DNA of 64,000 nucleotides from Octopus bimaculoides (Eukaryota): assembly GCF_001194135.2 (NCBI RefSeq), contig NC_068997.1, forward strand, positions 8,065,873-8,129,872, written 5' to 3'. Both the position numbers and the translations under genes were made by a program. The notes beneath the pieces are model-generated. The model ran no database searches and was not told where the DNA came from. It worked only from the letters and a program-made list of their open reading frames with translations. Below are positions 63,939 through 64,000 of this stretch, one piece after another. Numbering within the stretch: position 1 is the stretch's first letter; each line of letters starts with the position of its first letter.

Positions 63939-64000
<62 letters not shown>
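63925..64000. repeat. (TA)n(TG)n microsatellite
   Basis: Direct reading. Confidence 0.95.

Overview
AT-rich, repeat-dense eukaryotic DNA with seven N gaps. The RTE LINE and tRNA-SINE content and the microsatellite load suggest a coleoid cephalopod such as Octopus (inference). The main feature is a multi-exon TRPM-family cation channel gene on the minus strand. I reconstructed 24 GT-AG exons by hand (60878 down to the TAA at 21550); they join with consistent phases into 3042 nt (1013 aa plus stop), and the start codon was not found. The protein has a TRPM2-like Ca2+ site and an acidic YGELFLEE filter, but a short cysteine-free outer pore, degenerate SLOG/MHR1-2 glycine motifs and no NUDT9-H or kinase domain. 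Downstream on the same strand is the spliced 5' part of a second, unidentified gene (candidate ATG at 13829), possibly a tandem TRPM paralog. Introns contain RTE LINEs with a hairpin-array 3' tail, two tRNA-derived SINE families, piggyBac-type MITEs, remnants of Tc1, Penelope, R4/Dong and CR1 elements, microsatellites and several fold-back structures. No prokaryotic features and no CRISPR array. All translations and coordinates were derived by eye; repeat boundaries are approximate.
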